Shown in pieces: positions 40,765-55,591 of a stretch of 64,000 nucleotides of DNA. The notes below the pieces were generated by a model. That model had not been told where the DNA came from and ran no database searches. It worked only from the letters and a program-made list of their open reading frames with translations. A program made the translations under genes and the position numbers. The stretch is taken from the NCBI RefSeq assembly GCF_006345805.1, contig NC_043001.1, forward strand, positions 129,270,001-129,334,000, read 5' to 3'. The stretch is from Octopus sinensis. Its lineage: Eukaryota. Position 1 is the first letter of the stretch, and each line of letters opens with the position of its first letter.

Positions 40765-41895
40765 CTGATGAGAATTGGCAGAAAATAAATGACAAAAAAA
40801 TTAAAATGTAATAATAATATAAATAAATGGAAAATAAAAGGAAATGAGAATGAGAGAGAGGAGGAAGTGAAAACAATTTGGAATATTCAAAAGTAACATT
40901 TTGTTCAAAATTTTCAAAGAACTTCCTCAAAGAAGGAAACATTTTAACAGATTGTTTGTTCATAATTTCGATGCTACCCATATTGAATTTAAAAATTTGA
41001 AATTTGAAATACATTATCTATGAAGCTTATCACAGCAGCAATAACAACAACAACAACAACTATTACTACCACTACCACTACTAATAATAATACTATAGAT
41101 TCTGCAGTAGGTTAATTCATGGGTAAAAGTGTGGCACGAATATACCATTCTTTACTATAAACACAAAATGTTCTATGCTATTAAACAAAACACGACTAAT
41201 GTCCTATTGTGCTGCCTCCTTTCTTCAGCATGCAACAAAGACAAGTGATGCAGTCACATATTGAATGAAGAGGTGCCCCACAAAAGAGCTGTGTGTACTC
41301 AGTCTGCAAGTCATTGTGATAAACCTTTTAATACAGTATTGCCTACAAGCATGTCCATGTGTGTTTGTGTTGAAAGTATAACAAAAACATGACTAGAAGA
41401 TCTGTTTCGTTGAAAATTGTACAAAACTTTGAATTAAAAAAAAAAAAAGTATTCTGTGTAATTTAAAATATAAATGAAAATCAAGAATAAAAAGGAAGAA
41501 GGAAAGAGAGAAGAGATAAAAAAGCAACTTTTTTGTGGAATATAAACTATGGTAGGTGGTGCATGGCAGGTTGTGGAGGGTTGTAGTGAGTTTTAGTTTT
41601 GTACAAACAGAAAAATGTGCCGAGCTATTGAAAGAAATAAGAATGAAAGTGCAGAATAAATAAAGATGCCACAATGGTGGGAACAGTGCTTTGGTATTGT
41701 AACACACGGCCCGGGATTTAAGATGAACCTTGAATACTTTGGAAGTAGTTGTTGATGATGTTGATGATGATAACAGTAAATGAAGAAGAAATTGAAGGAA
41801 GATGAAATAAAAATTGCACACCTCACCTCCCTATCAAACACACAGAGACACATATAGCAGACACTTACAAACATATACGTACACAAACGAAAGAA

Positions 41896-41932
<37 letters not shown>

Positions 41933-43491
41933 GTAATAATTTTTGCTCCCCTACTCCTGCAACTTAAAATAATATTATTTTGAAGGAGAATTTAAGACTT
42001 AAGTGCAGTCTCCTCAAGGGAAACCAATCTTTGGTAATTCTTTGAAGGGATAAAGCAAGCCTAGATTAAAAGCTGTTCTATTTTGCTATCATTTATATTT
42101 AGATGAATTATTATTTTTTTTCTCTATTTCTCCCTTATATCTTTTAGTCTTTTTATTTTTATTTTTCATTTTTATTTTTTAATTTTAATTTTTTTTTTTA
42201 CTGTGTGTCATTGTTCTGAAATCCAACACGATATAATTCTTTCGAAAAATGGAATGAAAAGTAAATTCTTATTTTACTTGTAAAATAAGATTTTAATTTT
42301 TTTTTATTCAATTTAATTATTATTGTTAATTTTAAAAAAATATTGCTTTATATTATTTTATATGTACATATATATTTGTTTATTTATTGGTGTGGTGTGT
42401 AGAAAGAAAAGAAATTAGCTTTAGTTAAAATAGGTGCTGAAGAAAACTTCCTTTAAATAGTTTTACTATAAATATACACCCATTAATTTATTCAATACCC
42501 CACCACCAAAAAGCAATATATATATATACACACACACACATACACAGATACTAAAAAATAAAATAACTAAAATAAGTAAAATATACCAAAAGAAAACAAT
42601 ATAATGAAAGATGCGTTAATAATGAAAAAAATATATATTTTTAGTGAAAGAAGAAATAATGGAAACATCAACAACAAATCAAAATAACAATCGCATCAAC
42701 AGCATTAGTGTAAGAGAATCAAGAAAGCATTGAATTAAAATTCTTGAGAAAGCCAAAAAAAAAAAATAATAAAAAATCAAAGAAAGGGAGAGAAAGGAAA
42801 GGAGAGAAATAAAATATAGACAAATATTTGAAATAATTTTTAAAAAAGCACAAATATGATGCAAATAAAAAAAAACCTATCACCCTCACCAAGGAACTTC
42901 AGAAACAATCTTGAGAATGTTTAAAGAGTTATTATTTTGGTTCTTTCTGAGTGTCGGTGAATTTAGAAAATGAGCAACAACAATTTAAAAGCACCCACTT
43001 CCAACAGCTTCCACACACACACACGCTGCAAAAAGATCAACAACAACAGTAAAAAAGGGGCGAATGAGATGACTCCTTAATGTCTTGAACTTACTGCTGA
43101 TTCATAAAGTAAGGAATTTTATTTTGATGAACAACTTTTAATTTGTATCCCTCTCTCCCCCCTCTCTCGTTATCTGTGTGTGTACGTGTGTGTGTGTTTG
43201 TGTGTCTAAAGATAGGTTAAATGAAGCTGCAATAATGGAGGTTGAAACTACGGGACCAGAGAATCATAACTGCTCTTGACTACGCTATAACTATAATGTA
43301 AGCTCAGGAGCGAAGAAATAGAAGCTGTAGAATTTTATCATCACAGATGTGCATAGCAAGTGTTCCATTTTACGCAGGTGACTACGCTCAAAACTGGGAT
43401 TATTAGAGATGTCTTACTGCCCTATGTACAGGTCATTGGGAAGGAACTAAAGGGTACTCTAACTTTTGCCCTCACAATGAATACTCTACCT

Positions 43492-43711
43492 TTAACCCTT
43501 TTGTTACCAACCCGGCTGAAACCGGCTCTGGCTCTGAGTACAAATGTCTTGTTTTCATAAATTTTGAATTAAAATATTACACCAAAACTTAGTCACAGTT
43601 TATGTTCTGAACACTACCTTAATGGTAACTAAGTTATTTTCTTTGTTATATTTAAAGTAATTGAAAGAAATGCAGAGCATTTCAAAATAAATACAGTAAC
43701 AAAAGGGTTAA
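43492..43711. mobile_element. piggyBac-like MITE (second family)
   Basis: ttaa-cccttttgttac..gtaacaaaaggg-ttaa, 12 bp perfect terminal inverted repeats. Confidence 0.85.
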
Positions 43712-44120
43712 GTATCAAGATCCCTGATCTATATTGCCAAGAAAAAGTACCTGTGCAATGAAGCTTTAGAGAAGTGTTTGGGGTGCATATTTCCAATTAT
43801 CAGTATCTTTGCTATGAAGAAAATAGATCCTGTGGAATGAAATATTCAAGAAATTGGTATCTCCTCCTAATTGTAAGAAACTGCCATATATCTAGTTGTT
43901 GGAAACTACCTTAAAAGTATTACTGTAACTGGATTTTCTCTTTGGACGTATGTTCCTATCCTCTGTCTACAAGGACTCACTCGTAAGGCAGCAGGACAGT
44001 GCAAATGAGTTTACCTAACCCCAACTAAGAAGTACTATCTACTTTTTCCTTTGATAACTGTTCTGATAAGAACTAGGAGTACATCAGTCCCAAAGTTGCA
44101 GTAGAATAAGATCCCTCATC

Positions 44121-44206
44121 TTGCAATTATATGCAGGGCTATCATAGAATATACTCAAATGAACTCATTTGAGTATATTCTATGACAGCCCTGCATACAA
44201 TTGCAA
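44121..44206. repeat. Inverted repeat, 42 bp arms, 2 mismatches, 2 nt spacer
   Basis: ttgcaattatatgcagggctatcatagaatatactcaaatga-ac-tcatttgagtatattctatgacagccctgcatacaattgcaa. Confidence 0.95.
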
Positions 44207-44380
44207 ATAATGGTTCACAATAATGTCATTTGACTTTTTGACAAACATTGTTTTCATCTTGCATGATTCTTGCCAACCCTTTTCACCTAGTTGACCTGGT
44301 ATCTGTGCTGGTATTTTCTGATGATGTAAACATGTAATAGGTTGTACTGGATTACATATTATCAGGTACTCACAATGTGG

Positions 44381-44435
<55 letters not shown>

Positions 44436-46075
44436 AGTTGAAATGTATAGAAAAGCAAAAGACGAAGACAGGTGTATGAACAACAAGCAAGTGTATTAAT
44501 TTAACACTCATTGCTTTTATGTTAAACCGTTGTATGTCCAAATTTGGTCAAATGCGTTTTTTTTTTCAATATTTCATTTTGCTTGCAATAACCAGTTCTT
44601 TTGGTTAATCTATCGTATCTTCAGCTGCTTCAGATGCCAAGATATGAAAATTGTCAAAGTGTAGTACAACAATTTAGCATTTTTCAAAAGTGTAGTAAGT
44701 CCCACATACAACAGTTTTGCGAAAATATTTCTGCCTGAAAATATCATACATGCATAGAGTTGCGATTTTATGCATCCAACAAAGTATTATTTTTAAGCTG
44801 AAACTGTTGCTAATGTAAAAAGAAATGGAATGGTGAAACCATTTTTTCATTTCTTGAAAAAGCAACGTTTTGGACTTATGACACTTTTATATAATAGCAA
44901 CGCTATATATATATATCGGTACAATAGTACCTTCCTACCTACTTACCTACCTTTTGTATCATGCTCCATACTATGGAACAAACTCAAACATAGAATCTAT
45001 TAAAAATACATTATGATGTATGATTTATATTATTTGTAAAACTGATGAATAAAAATTTTAAATTGTATTAATCATTGTCTTTTACTGGTTTTGGATTGCA
45101 GCCAAGCTGGGGTATCACCTTTAAGAGTTTAACTGAGCATATGAACCCTGATAATTATTTTAAAGCTTATCCATATGTATTTACTGAACCACAATCAACA
45201 ACATACCGTTTCTGTCTATCAAATTTCACTTAAGTATTAATCAACTCAAGGCTATAGTAAAAGAAACTTGCCTAAGAAATTATACAATGAGACTGAACCC
45301 AGAACCACATGGATATGAATCAAAATTTTAACCACTGCCATGTCTGTGCCTGTATTACTGATTTTTTTCAGAATCTATACCTGAATAAGGCAGCTACTAT
45401 ACTCTATAAGTTATAACTATGGATTTAAATCTCAGAATATGAATTTTATTTTAATGTGAAAATAAGGATGTAAAATCCTATATTAGAATTTGTTAAAACT
45501 TTACCAACATACGAGTAGCAGAATAATATTATAATAAATAGCTTATGTCTTCAATTTCATTCTTTAGTTAAAATTGCTTACTTTTGTACATGAGATGGAA
45601 AATAAAAGATTACATTCTCATAGTAGAAGACGTCATGAGTAACAAATATTAAAAGATGACGTTGGTAACTTTCAGGGATTTTGCGTCCCTGCAGATTCAG
45701 TGTTGCCTCTGTGAGCTTTTATGGCATCTAAAGAATCAAATGTTTACCTGAAAATTCAATTTCCAAAGTAATAGTTCATAGTTTGCTCTAAACTTCCAAC
45801 CATCTTACAGTTTTCAAAATAAGTGTTTATATATATATATGTTATTTATTTAAAGGACATAATAGATGACTACAAATGCTACCAATACTTCCATATGTAG
45901 AGAAATATCTCAGACATATTCTTCAGGCACAAATCACATCTCATAAAGAATTAAAAAATAAAATAAGAGAAGAAATGCAAAAAATCTGAGAAACATACAG
46001 AAAACATGGAAGGTTAAAAAATGGAAAATGAAAGCACAAAAATAATGCTCATAAAGTATATACTCTCCTTTGCAT

Positions 46076-46106
<31 letters not shown>

Positions 46107-46377
46107 ATAATAATCATTATTTGAGGGAATAAAATCCAAACTTACAAGTAAAAAAATTCAATTTAGACATACTAGATCAAATTTCACACAACATAATATA
46201 TATATAAAAAATTATATACGTTTTTATTATTATTTTTGCAATTTACTTAATCTTTACATTTTATTGTTATTTAAATTTTAACTTTTCTATTATATGTAAT
46301 TTTCTAGATGGTCTAATTTAATTGTTCATTTTGAATTGATAAAAGGTAGTTTTTTCTAATTTTATATATATATATAT

Positions 46378-46438
<61 letters not shown>

Positions 46439-46513
46439 AAGGAAATGAAGAAAATGCTGACAAAATAATTTAAGTAAGGAGAGTGTATTTAATTAAGTGA
46501 AAGTTCTTTTTAC

Positions 46514-46685
46514 CGGTTGCGCATTTGTTATGCTTATCAAAAGATATTTTTTTAAGAGAGATAGAGTTCCTTTCTGATAGATTTTTTTTTCGGTGTCGGT
46601 GTGCATCAGAAGGTCTTGTATTATTTAATAAAGTTAACAAAAACAGTACAGTGCACTTGCCATGGGAAGCGGGAAAACCCAGCAT
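46514..46685 (-). CDS. Candidate coding exon (MLGFPASHGKCTVLFLLTLLNNTRPSDAHRHRKK..KCAT), unverified
   Basis: Open frame from the ORF track, hydrophobic stretch VLFLLTLL, CCG|GTAAAA donor (phase 1), pyrimidine tract upstream on the minus strand. Confidence 0.18.
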
Positions 46686-46846
46686 TCTGAACAGAATCCT
46701 TCTTCATGGAAAAGTTGACAAGAGAAAAATTAAAGAGACAGCAGTGTTTTACATTTCTTTCCTGAAGAAGGACTGTCTGACATGTCAGATTTTTCATTCC
46801 CCATACCAAGTTCACCTCACTCTTTTTTGTTGATTATATATTCTAA

Positions 46847-47050
46847 ATGGCAGAATCGTTAGCACACTGGATGAAATGTTTAGTGGCATTTAGTCCATCT
46901 TTACGGTCTGAGTTCAAATACTGCCGAGGTCGACTTTGCCTTTCATCCTTTCAGGGTCAATAAATTAAATACCAGTGAAACACTGGGGTCAATGTAATTG
47001 ACTAGTCCCTTCCCACCAAATGTCAGGCCTTGTGCTTATAGTAAAAAGGA
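46847..47050 (+). mobile_element. SINE family B
   Basis: tggcagaatcgttagcac..gagttcaaatactgccgaggtcgactttgcc. Confidence 0.8.
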
Positions 47051-47218
47051 TTTCGATTGTTGTTATTATTATTAATTTTATTATTATCTAAAATAGTTTG
47101 ATTTCTATCTAAGTGACTTAACATTTCATGAGCCTCTGGCAGAAACTTGTCCCTTTCAGGCTTAGATTATACTTAATGTGATGGGTGCCTTTTTCTTTCA
47201 TTCACTCGTGTATATCTA

Positions 47219-47291
<73 letters not shown>

Positions 47292-47293
47292 GT

Positions 47294-48762
<1,469 letters not shown>

Positions 48763-49655
48763 ATTTGCATATATGTGCATGTATGAATGTATATATGTGC
48801 GTGTATGAATGTATATATGTATGTGTGTATGTGGAGGGGGAGGCATGTGTAAGTATCCTTCTTGCTGGATAGAGGTTCACTTCAGGCAGGGGGTGATGTT
48901 TTGGAAAATTTAGGATTCCACTTCAAGGTGTATTTGGAATAGAATAATTATTTGCTTCTTTTTACTCCACTTCTTCTCCACCATCAAAACCAATGTCATC
49001 AGTATCTCTACCAATTCCTCCTCCTAGCCTATCCCCACTTCTTCCTTCTTCCCACCCATATCCACCAAATAAGGGAATCTATTCTTTTTATTGTAGAAGA
49101 TAAAGATTAAGGAAAGGAAAAAAAAACAAAGAAAATTAAGACAGCAGGTAGAAGATGGTAAAAAGAGACAAAAGGAAACGAAAAGAAATAAAAGATAAAA
49201 TAAGGATAGAAAGAAAAATGCTAAGGAGAAAGAATACAGTGTGCTTGTGTGTGTGTGTGTGTATTTGAGTGTTTGTGCTTCTGTGTCTACAAAGAGTGGA
49301 AAATCTTTTATATCAGTCATGTTTGTTTGTTTCTAACTGTGAAGTATTCAGTGATTTTGTTGTACGGTTCTTTAAAAACAAGGACCCCCCAACAAACGGT
49401 ATTATCTTGTTGCGATTGTCAATCTATCTCTCTTGTTTTTCATGCGCTAAAATAGCTTGGGTTGTAAAATGTGTAAAGCCTACAGATATACTGTGACTAG
49501 GAGCCTGTACATGGTCACAAGATCTGCTAAAAATATCAGACAAATATACCTCAAATCACATCCTACTGTCATACAAAGGAATTGTTAAATGAACAAGGAA
49601 TTCCACTGTGTGGTTTGTTAATATGCTTAAAATAGTTGCAGGAGTGGCTATAGGC

Positions 49656-50057
49656 ACAGGTGTGGCTGTGTGGTAAGTAGCTTGCCTACCAACCACATGG
49701 TTCTGGGTTCAGTCCAACTGCGTGGCATCTTGGGCAAGTGTCTTCTGCTATAGCATCTGGCCGACCAATGCCTTGTGAGTGGATTTGGTAGACGGAAACT
49801 GAAAGAAGCCTGTCATATATATGTATGTATGTGTATGTATATGTTTGTGTGTCTGTGTTTGTCCCTCTAGCATTGCTTGACAACCGATGCTGGTGTGTTT
49901 ACGTCCCCGTCACTTAGCGGTTCGGCAAAAGAGACCGATAGAATAAGTACTGGGCTTACAAAGAACAAGTCCCGGGGTCGATTTGCTCGACTAAAAGCGG
50001 TGCTCCAGCATGGCCGCAGTCAAATGACTGAAACAAGTAAAAGAGTAAAAAAGAGTA
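49656..50057 (+). mobile_element. Young SINE family A
   Basis: A-box-like tggctgtgtgg, B-box-like ggttcagtcc, microsatellite linker and (aaaagagt) tail. Confidence 0.88.
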
Positions 50058-50544
50058 AATCACCCTCAAATCACAACCTACTATTTTACAAATGAAAGCA
50101 CAAGCCGATGAGAAAGGACTCCTACATGATGGTGATGGTATGGTCTCCTAGAAACAGAAGCCAATTTTCCCTCGTCTTGTAAAGTAAAGCACAAATCAAT
50201 GATTGAGAGCTCTATCTGGTTACATGATTTGCTAGAAACAGAAGTTAAGTTTCTGTCAAATCAAACAAGAAATCTTACAAAGGAAAGAGCAAGCCAATGT
50301 GGAATGCCTCTATGTAGTTGTTCGACCTGCTAAACATAGCAGACACATGTCTCTCATATCATAACAATGTTAGCTGACATGTTAAGTAAGACTGGATATG
50401 GATACAAATGCTTTGGTAGAATAAGCAACCATCTTTTGCATATAAAAGACCTTAAGTTATAGGTTGCAGATGACAAACTAGAAATATTACTGGAGATAGT
50501 ATAAATATCTACCAAGAAATCAATGTGAGATTTAGAAGAATATG

Positions 50545-50800
50545 TCATGATAATCTTGAAGAGACGAGATCACAGAATTTTGTCAGCGAACAGGTCGTGG
50601 TCTCAAAGCGACGAAAATATTTCGACAAATTAAATTTAAATGTTGTAGTGAATCTAATGGTTTTTGTGTGTTTCTTAAATGGCTTATAAACACCTTCCAC
50701 GCTGCAATTGTTTTCAGTCCAGCACACGATCTCAGATCAGGTCACTTGCTATGCAAGTACATCTTAATTTTATGCTATATAAAAGAAAGCAAGAGAAGAG
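50545..50800 (+). mobile_element. Penelope-like terminal repeat with a decayed hammerhead-like motif
   Basis: ttgaaga-gacgagatcac..gtggtctc..cgac-gaaa-atatttc: core-like ends around a long stem II. Confidence 0.4.
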
Positions 50801-50819
50801 AATTATAGCAAACATGAAC

Positions 50820-50995
50820 ATACAGGCACAGGTGTGGCTGTGTGGTAAGTCGTTTGCTTCTCAACCATATGGTTCTGGGTTCAGTCCCACTGCATGGCAC
50901 CTTGAGCAAGTGTCTTTTACTATAGCCTTAGACCAACCAAAAGCCTTGTGAGTGGATTTGGTTGACAGAAACTAAAAGAAGCTCATCACTCCACC

Positions 50996-51061
<66 letters not shown>

Positions 51062-51290
51062 ATCTATGTGTGTGTCTTTATGTCTGTGTTTGTCTCCCCC
51101 CACTTGACAACAGGTGTTGGTGTGTTTACATTCCTCTAACTTAGCAATTCAGCAAAAATAAACCAATAGAATAAGTACCAGGCTTAAAAACAAGGTCCTA
51201 AGATCGGTTTGTTTGACTAAAACCCTTCAAAGCAGTGCCCGAATATGGTCACATTTAAATGAGTGAAATGAGTAAAAGATGAAAAATACA
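50820..51290 (+). mobile_element. SINE family A
   Basis: Collinear with 49656-50057. Confidence 0.8.
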
Positions 51291-51299
51291 AATGCTTAG

Positions 51300-51965
51300 A
51301 ATCAATCAGCTAGACAATTTTTATTGTACCTGATGCACAAAAGGGATAGAGATGCAGGAAAAGCCGTAAAATGTGACAACTGACTTTGTGGAGTTCATAC
51401 TAAAGGTATCACCCGCATCATAAGCAGTTGTCTGAAAATGTCATCACAGTATTATCTACCGATGAGACATGACATTATAATTAGAACACTCTATAATGAA
51501 ATCTGTCAGAAGAGTATTCCCAAGGACAAAGAAATAAGAACCCACAATATGGTAGAAGCCATTGCCACTCATAATAAAAAGGAATACTGGTGGAATGTTC
51601 CAGGGAAGATCTCAATAAAATATAAGCACAAAAGACCTGATATAATGATTTAAGATAGAGAAGAGAAACTGTGCACAGTTGTGGAAATTAGCTGCCTAGT
51701 AGATGTTAACATAAAGCTGAAGATCAGTGAAAAAGAGAATACCTACACTGAACTATTGAGAAATCTGCAGTTACTCTATCTAGATTACAAGTTCAGGTTT
51801 ATACCTGTAATTATTGGGACCCTGGGATATGTAACACACTGCCTAAATACCAGCCTTGAGAAATTAGGCTTCTCAAAACTAGAGAGGGGAAAGCTAATTT
51901 GAAGACTAAAATCCATCACTGGAACTGTAAAAATCTGTAAAACTTTCCAGAAGTTAATCATTTAA
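51300..51965 (+). pseudogene. REL-endonuclease LINE (R2/R4 group) C-terminal fragment
   Basis: Degraded CCHC (LCGVHTKGITRIISSC), YLPMRHD, EYWWN, RPDI, VEISC, FIPVIIGTLG and GTVKICKTF; contains stops. Confidence 0.85.
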
Positions 51966-52321
51966 ATTTATATGACCATGTCTAGATATGCAACTATATG
52001 CATGAGAATACATACATAAAACATATAAATCTGCACATACATACATGCCTGCATACATACATACATACATACATACATACATACATACATACAAACAAAC
52101 AAACAAACAAACAAACAAACAAACAAACAAAAGTACCCTGTTGCTGATGTTGAAATTCCAATGAAGGAGGCTTGGATCTAGGTTAGAAACCGGTTCTCTC
52201 TCTATTGGCAAGAAATTTTGAAATAAGCTGAATAATGACATACGATGTTATTACTTAAACAATTTACAATGCCATCTGCAAAAATGACTGTCCTAAAATA
52301 AACTTAGAAAATCCCTCTGTT

Positions 52322-52741
52322 ATGGAATACATTCATGAACACCAACTCAAGGAATACTGGTGGAATATTACCATCAAACCTTCTGTCAAATGTAAGCATA
52401 ACAGGCTGGATATTGTTGTTTGGGACAGAGGGGCAAAGGTATGTACCAACATAGAGGTTAGCTGTGCTGCAGATATAAATATCTCTTTGAAAATCTTAGA
52501 AAAAGAGGATATCTATGGACAACTGCTTCAAAACATCCAGCTTCTATATCCAGACAATGAATTCATATTCATACCAATAATAATTGGAGCACTAGGTTTT
52601 GTTAGTAAATGTTTAAAGGAGAATCTGGATAAACTGGGATTTTCAGAAAGAGAAATCGACCAGCTGATTCATACATTACAACTCCAATCTGTGAGTGGAA
52701 CAGTAAAAATATGCAAGACTTTTCTCAAGTTCCAAATGTGA
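52322..52741 (+). pseudogene. Second, divergent REL-endonuclease LINE C-terminal fragment (139 aa open frame)
   Basis: EYWWN..RLDIVVWD..IEVSC..FIPIIIGALG..GTVKICKTFLKF*. Confidence 0.85.
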
Positions 52742-53059
52742 ATTTGTCTGTGTTAACTACATCCCAAAGATGGAGCCTTGTGTCTTTGTTGGAAACTGGC
52801 TCCCTCGGTGGAAGATTTATAATAGCTAAAAAAATAGAAGAAACATACATACATACATGTATGGACACACACACACACACAATACATACTATAATGGCAA
52901 ACACTGAGAATGAGAGCTTAACACTTCATTTGGTATATGAATATATACTTTACTTGTGGATTAACACAGAGATAGATTGCCAACATTCTCAAGTAGAACG
53001 CTTGAAAATTGTGAATTTCTTGCATAAAAACCATTGGTGTGTGTATGTAAATATATATA

Positions 53060-53410
53060 TCCTTTACTTGTTTCAGTCATTGGAATGCCAACCATGCTGG
53101 AGTACAACATTAAGTGGTTCAGTCGGACAAATTGGCCCAGAACTTTTTAAAGCCTGGTACTTATTCTATCAGTCTCTTTTGCTAAAGGGGATGTAAACAA
53201 ACAAACACCAGTTGTTAAGCAATGGTGTGGAACAAAGAGAAACGAACATAGAAATATATATGATGAGCCTTTTTCAGTTTCTGTCTGCCAAATCCACTCA
53301 CAAGGCTTTGAGCAACCTGAGGCAATAGTAAGAGACACTTGGCCAAGATTCCACATAGTGGGACTGAACCTGGAACCATGTGGCTGGGTTTCTTACAGCA
53401 CAGTTATGTC
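53060..53410 (-). mobile_element. Decayed SINE family A
   Basis: tttacttgtttcagtcattgg..aaatccactcacaaggctttg..gggactgaacctggaaccatg. Confidence 0.75.
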
Positions 53411-54137
53411 TGTATCAATGTATAGATGTATACACACACATACATATATGTTTAAAGGTAAGCCGAGAGAGAGAGAGCGAGAGTGGGGGAGAAAGCTTGC
53501 TGACTAGTTAATGAGACAGAGAAATAATTAGATATAACAATACAGAATGGCAGACAGATAGATAGATAGATAGACAGACATACAGATTGACAGGCAGATA
53601 AAGAGAAAGACAAATAGCATAGAGGGAGGCTGGCAGAAAGATATAATTAGACAAAAAGACTAGAACACAGAAGTGAAAGAGAGCTGAAAAAAAAAATTGG
53701 TGAGCAACCTTCTACTACCACAAAAGATTTTAAAGACCTCTTTAGTAAAATTAAATACAAAATATTAAGCAAAGAAATATATAAAAAAAGCAAATAAAAT
53801 TGTGGAAAAAATTTAATGAAAATAATAAAAGCATATTTTGATGGCAGTAACAACATTCAATAATTAAAATTGACAATGGAAGTTGAGTTACATGATACCT
53901 GAGCAATAGAGAGACTTACGTGTTTGCTTTGAGAATGAATATGAAATTTAACATGAATGGTAGTCTTCTCACAACCACCTATCACATCAGCCATACTTCA
54001 ATAATGACATCTTCATTAAAGCTAAGTAAATTTTCATGCAACAACATTGCTTTCACGTACAGAAACTTATGCACACGCACACACATGAACGATTTTTTAT
54101 TATACATACACACACGTGCACACACATATTTATATAT

Positions 54138-54345
54138 AGTTCAAATTTACAGAAAATAAAAGACGAAGACAGGTGTAGGAACAACAAGCAGGTGTATTAG
54201 TTTAGCACTTGGGAAAAATGGAAAAGTATTTTACATTTCGAGCCTATGCTCTTCAACAGAAAGGATTGAGAAGAAAAGAAGAAAATGGAGAAGGAATGAA
54301 AAAAAATAGAAAGAGAAAAAAATATGTAGAGATTAACGGTTCAAC
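54138..54345 (-). mobile_element. Penelope-like terminal repeat with a minimal hammerhead-like motif (54228-54263)
   Basis: Homologous to 23338-23515. Confidence 0.6.
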
Positions 54346-54364
54346 ATAGTGAATACATATAAAT

Positions 54365-54447
<83 letters not shown>

Positions 54448-55591
54448 ATGAGAGAGTCAGTGAAGAACAGCTGAATGGTAAAGTGAAATGGCACACAATA
54501 TTCAACAGACGAAACTACACTCAAGTGCTTTCTCTAATTTTTGAACAAAAAGAAATCACTTTATTTATCCTACATAATTCTTGTGTAAGACACTCTTGAA
54601 TAACATTGATTTATTAGTGAGTCTTTGACATAAAAATTTGAAGAACTTCAAATATTCACAACATATTTACAGGAAAGTCAGGGGATTTCTAAAAACAATT
54701 GCAGTTTTTGAATATCTCAAGAAATCATTCACCATTTCCTAGTGATGCACAGTTATAAAAAAAATTTTAACAGAGACTTTATCTGAATTAGCTGTTACAC
54801 ATGCAAAACCTGCACTGCTTTTATTATAAGTAAGAATGCTAAAAACAAATAAAACTAGAATTAAAATCTTGCAGTGACCTACATATGTGTTATTCCTGAA
54901 AAGTTGCGGCTTGATGGTAATTGCTTGGAGAAATCCATGATTTTCTGCACTGAAATGCATTGAAGTGGCAATTTTCCACCTAAGTCTTCTACTGGACTAA
55001 CCAGACATAACTTCAAAATATGTATTTACCAACATAGACATTCTTTTGCTAATCGTCAAAGATGCATTGCAACTGTTTTATACATCAGGCTTCTCAGAGA
55101 GACTACTGATCATACATAAAGTATTATATCATACACATGGGTTATGCAGAAGCCTATCACCATAGAATCTTTACAGCCAGGTGTCATTGCCTTCTGTGTG
55201 TAACTGGAACAATGTTTATCTTACAAATCAAAATGGCTGAAACCTGAGGTCAGAACCTTAAATTTCTGTAACTCTGTAAGCATGCATCAAAGTACCTAAA
55301 CCACCTGAATACTCATAGAACTCTTTGCTTTTGACTGGATAAAACTTTTGTGAAATTAAGCTCCGGTTTTTTAGCTTTCCTAAACGTATTTTTGAAGACT
55401 TCTTCTTCTCATTCCCCTATATAATGTCTTCTTGCCATATAACCATGTTTGCTGAATCATTTTTTATCATTTTTTTAGTAATTCCAATTTTGTTTATATC
55501 ATTAATTTACATTTTAGTGGATGTTTATTAGAGTGTAAATATTATTACTGGATGGCAGTCTTTGTAGCCAACTTAATGTGGATATATTATA

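Noticed and set aside
46652-46715. MGSGKT Walker A-like motif on the plus strand
   Set aside because: It lies in a short frame closed by stops on both sides, with no other helicase or NTPase motifs.
48960-49090. Pro/Ser-rich (plus) or Gly/Asp-rich (minus) short peptide
   Set aside because: Low-complexity purine/pyrimidine-biased sequence, with no convincing pair of splice sites or recognisable homology.
54870-54930. LRR-like peptide EKLRLDGNCL / possible 42 nt plus-strand exon
   Set aside because: A single short match with no neighbouring LRR units or supporting exons; compatible with chance.
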